DNA of 64,000 nt from Nageia nagi (Eukaryota; Plantae; Pinophyta), in the NCBI GenBank assembly GCA_050084985.1, contig JBITNC010000001.1, positions 140,740,001 to 140,804,000 on the forward strand, given 5' to 3'. Below are positions 60,748 to 64,000 of the stretch, piece after piece. Under the pieces are notes generated by a model. The model had not been told where the DNA came from and did no database searches. It saw only the letters and a program-made list of their open reading frames with translations. Position 1 is the first letter of the stretch, and the number at the start of each line of letters is the position of its first letter. Both the position numbers and the translations under genes were made by a program.

Positions 60748-63700
60748 TGTTATCACCTAAAATTAATTTATGCATTTAATTTAATACATTAGGAAATACG
60801 TGCCCGCACTTATATATCTAGTTCAAGAATATTAATGTTATTTTGGATATGATCAATATATATATCATTGACTTACTATATTCTTGTTTATGTAGGTACA
60901 CGCCGACCTAAGGAGTAGATCATATTATTATCTATATAAATAGGGATCTAATAGTAAGTCCACATTAAGGAGATACATGATCCCATATCTGGTCTTGATG
61001 ATGGCAATCTTTTAGGTGTCTCTTGACACCGCCATTCAAGGCTGGGTTTGTGTACTTCCTTATGCGAGCATCCTGACAATTCTAAGCTTATCTGAGTATC
61101 AAACTAAGACCATTGAGAGTCCATGTGGAGGCACAAAGTCAGTTCGAAATGGACTACAGTCTAGAGAATACCGTCGACGCTCCTCTATAGACGAAAGCAG
61201 ACCGTCGACACTCCTTCCGAGCACGAAATAGACCGCCCGTGGTTCTCTTTTTGGATTATCTTGCTCTACGATTTCAGGTGTAGACTCCGTTTGTTGTTGA
61301 GGCTTCGTCACTATCTTTCGTTCATCAATATCAGGTACATTCCGTGAGGTAAGTACACAAATTCAGTCTTGTTTGGTAATGTCATTTCGATTCCAGTTAT
61401 TCATTATCTTCTATATCAGCTTGTCTTGTTATAAATTGCTATCCGTTAGCTCAGAATTTACAAATAAATATATGTATCTTTTGGGACTGTAGATATTCAT
61501 TTATTTGCATTCTCGAATACACTTTTATTTGTAAACATATTTGGTGAACCCGACGTGAACCATAGTAGTGCTAAAACCTTGGGGTTTTAGTTAGGACTAA
61601 TAAGCAATTTTGTGAGCTATTTTTAGACATGGATCAGTTAAGAGTATTCTTGCGAAGTCTTTCAAGAAGAGATTTTGATGAACTCTTGGGAGATATTCAG
61701 CGTGATGGACCAGAAGCATCTAATGAAGAAGCTGACCACGGTGATGGAAGTAACAATGATAACATTCAAGCTACTATTGAGGGTATGCAAAGACAGATTA
61801 ATCAACTAGCAAGAGGATCAGTTCAGCCAGATAATTCAATTGAGTTTGGTAGCCCTCTATGCGATGAGATCCGTTTATGCATGCCACCATCGGATTATAA
61901 AGATCCCAAATTTTGTTAGTTCAGTGGGGAGGGAGATCCCAGGAGACATTTGCAAGGGTTTAAAGATGAGTGTGAGCTCAAAATTAGTGTGGATTCGAGA
62001 TTATAGGTGAAGTTCTTTCCTCATAGTTTGGAAGGAGAGGCTCGTGAATGGTTCTATTCTCTACCTGAAAGGTCAGTTACATCATTTTGAGAATTAACTT
62101 ATTTCTAGAATGGTATAAGCATAACATCAAGCACGAAGTCATGGTTTCGGATCTATGTGCTATGAGGCAAGATAGTAATGAAAATCTTGAAAGGTTTGTT
62201 GTACGGTTCAAGAAAACATGGTAGCAAATCAAAACAAAGCTCACAGAAAAAGAGGTAAACAATATTTTCAAGGATGCTGTCTTATTGTCCTTACAATCTT
62301 ATGTCATTGATTATACACATCTAGCATTTTCTGATATGACATATAAGCTATTGGAAAAAGAAAAAATCCTTGTGAAATTAGGGCTTGTGAAGTATCGAGA
62401 TGATGAGAAACCTAGGGCCAAGGATAAGCAGCTACAATCACCAAAGAAAGATAAATCCATTCATGTGGCAGAAAAGGCAGATGAAAAGAAAGAAAGGAAA
62501 TTTATAAAGTTTCCTATACCTCCCAGATTTATCTTGAAAGATCTAATGGCAAAGGGATTATTACAGCCTTCACCTAAACGAGAGGAAGATGAATCAGCAG
62601 AGAGGCCAATATGGTACAAAGAAGATAGATATTGCAAATATCATCAAACCAAGGGGCATGCCACTAATGGGTGTGGAGGCCTAAGAAACAAAATACAAAG
62701 ACTTATAAAAGATGGGTTCTATGTTTGTCCTATCGAAGTTAAAGATATAGGGGAAGAGCAGCATGTCAATGTAATTTTCCATGAAGAAGTATGTGCAGCA
62801 CTTACAAGAGGAAGATCAAGAGTAGCAACAGATCCTGTCACATGTGAAAAAAGAGCTTCCTAAAGACCCAAGAAGTTTTGACCTCATTGAGCAACTCAAG
62901 AATACACAAGCTAAAATTAGTTTCTTTGAATTACTTCAAATTTTAGAACCCTATAGAGAAATGATGAATTAGATTTTCAAGAATAGTCAGATAGACAGGA
63001 ACATCTCAATCATTGCTTTTGTGAAAAAGGCAAAAATATGGAGTAAAGGAGATGTTATCACTTTTCATCTTAGTGAAAGGCCTAGCAAGGATGTGACTCG
63101 ATTACATAATCCATTGTTTATTGAAGCAAATGCCTTTGGCAATACAGTTAAGAGATCATTGATAGATGGTGGGGTAGCTTTGAATATTACCACCACTCAC
63201 TTGCTTTCACAATTTGATCCGGTTTTATTACCTCCAAGAGAAGAGACTACCATGAGAGTTAAGGGGTTGGATGGTGTTTCAAAGAAATGTGCAAGAATCA
63301 TCACACTTCTAATCAAAGTGGAAAACAAGGTACTTCAGACCCTCTTCTACATTACAGATGGAAAACCTTCTTTTAATTTCATTCTTGGGAGACCTTGGAT
63401 AGATGACATGGAAGGAGTAGCATCCAATTTGCATAGATGCTTCAAGTTTTGTTCTGAAGGAAATGTTTACAAGATAGAAGTAGACGAGCAGATGGCCAAG
63501 CAGTGCAATTATGTTCTCCCTGAGAGATTTGTTCCGTATGATGCGGACGATGAGGCTATCCTAGCCAAGAATGATCAAATCTATAGAAAAGCGTTACAGA
63601 GAATTAATGTCAGAGATATCGGGTTTGGTTCGTACACCATCACAGATGTCAATAACATCAATCTGGAGAGAGACTTGGACGAACGGTAGGAGACTCAGGA

Positions 63701-64000
63701 AAAGGACCGCCCGTGCTCCTCTTGGCTCCATAAAGACCGCCGACGATCCTCTTTAGAGGAAATCATGGAGGAAAACAAGTGTTACATCGTTTCGTATCAT
63801 GGAGATGGTTACGATGGTCAAGTTAGTCGTTCATTATTAACACAAGAAGACGAACGGGTATGGGATGATCAAAATTGCTTTGTTATTGAATGTGAAATAG
63901 ATAATGAAAATGCAATACATGCTATAGACTTGTTTGAGAATGATGATGCTTTCTTAGAATCTATGGGTGCTAGAATTGAATATTCAGCTAGGCATGAAAA
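60748..64000 (+). mobile_element. Tat/Ogre-like Gypsy retrotransposon G (5' LTR, PBS, degenerate gag and protease; runs off window)
   Basis: LTR TGTTATCACCTAAAA..GTAAACA 60748-61537; gag FSGEGDPRRHL..LFPHSLEGEAREWFYSLP, CKYHQTKGHATNGC knuckle; protease LIDGGVALNI..FILGRPWI (63021-63689). Confidence 0.88.
61542..61559 (+). other. Primer-binding site complementary to tRNA-Trp
   Basis: TGGTGAACCCGACGTGAA is the reverse complement of TTCACGTCGGGTTCACCA, the 3' end of plant cytosolic tRNA-Trp(CCA) as recalled. Confidence 0.8.

Overview
AT-rich eukaryotic plant DNA. Giant-intron architecture and the TE types point to a gymnosperm/conifer-like genome (inference). One real host gene is visible: a + strand, ~10-exon gene (ATG 13112 to TGA 60665, ~330 aa). 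It encodes four CCCH zinc fingers arranged as two tandem pairs that closely resemble animal Muscleblind/MBNL splicing regulators. Its first coding intron (13366-54585, 41,220 nt, predicted GC-AG) is filled with a nested stack of TEs: several Ty1/Copia elements, solo LTRs with target-site duplications (TSDs), nested hAT MITEs, a LINE with an extra 3' ORF, and a non-autonomous Gypsy element carrying intronless fragments of host mRNAs (RH3 DEAD-box helicase, ARM-repeat protein, katanin p80). Two copies of one Copia family differ by an apparently precise 3,087-nt GT-AG intron in the 5' leader. The unspliced copy carries a captured thioredoxin fragment in that intron, and the spliced copy carries an inverted piece of that intron inside pol. 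A Tat/Ogre-like Gypsy element with a tRNA-Trp PBS begins just after the gene's predicted stop codon. All family assignments are by eye/recall, not database search.
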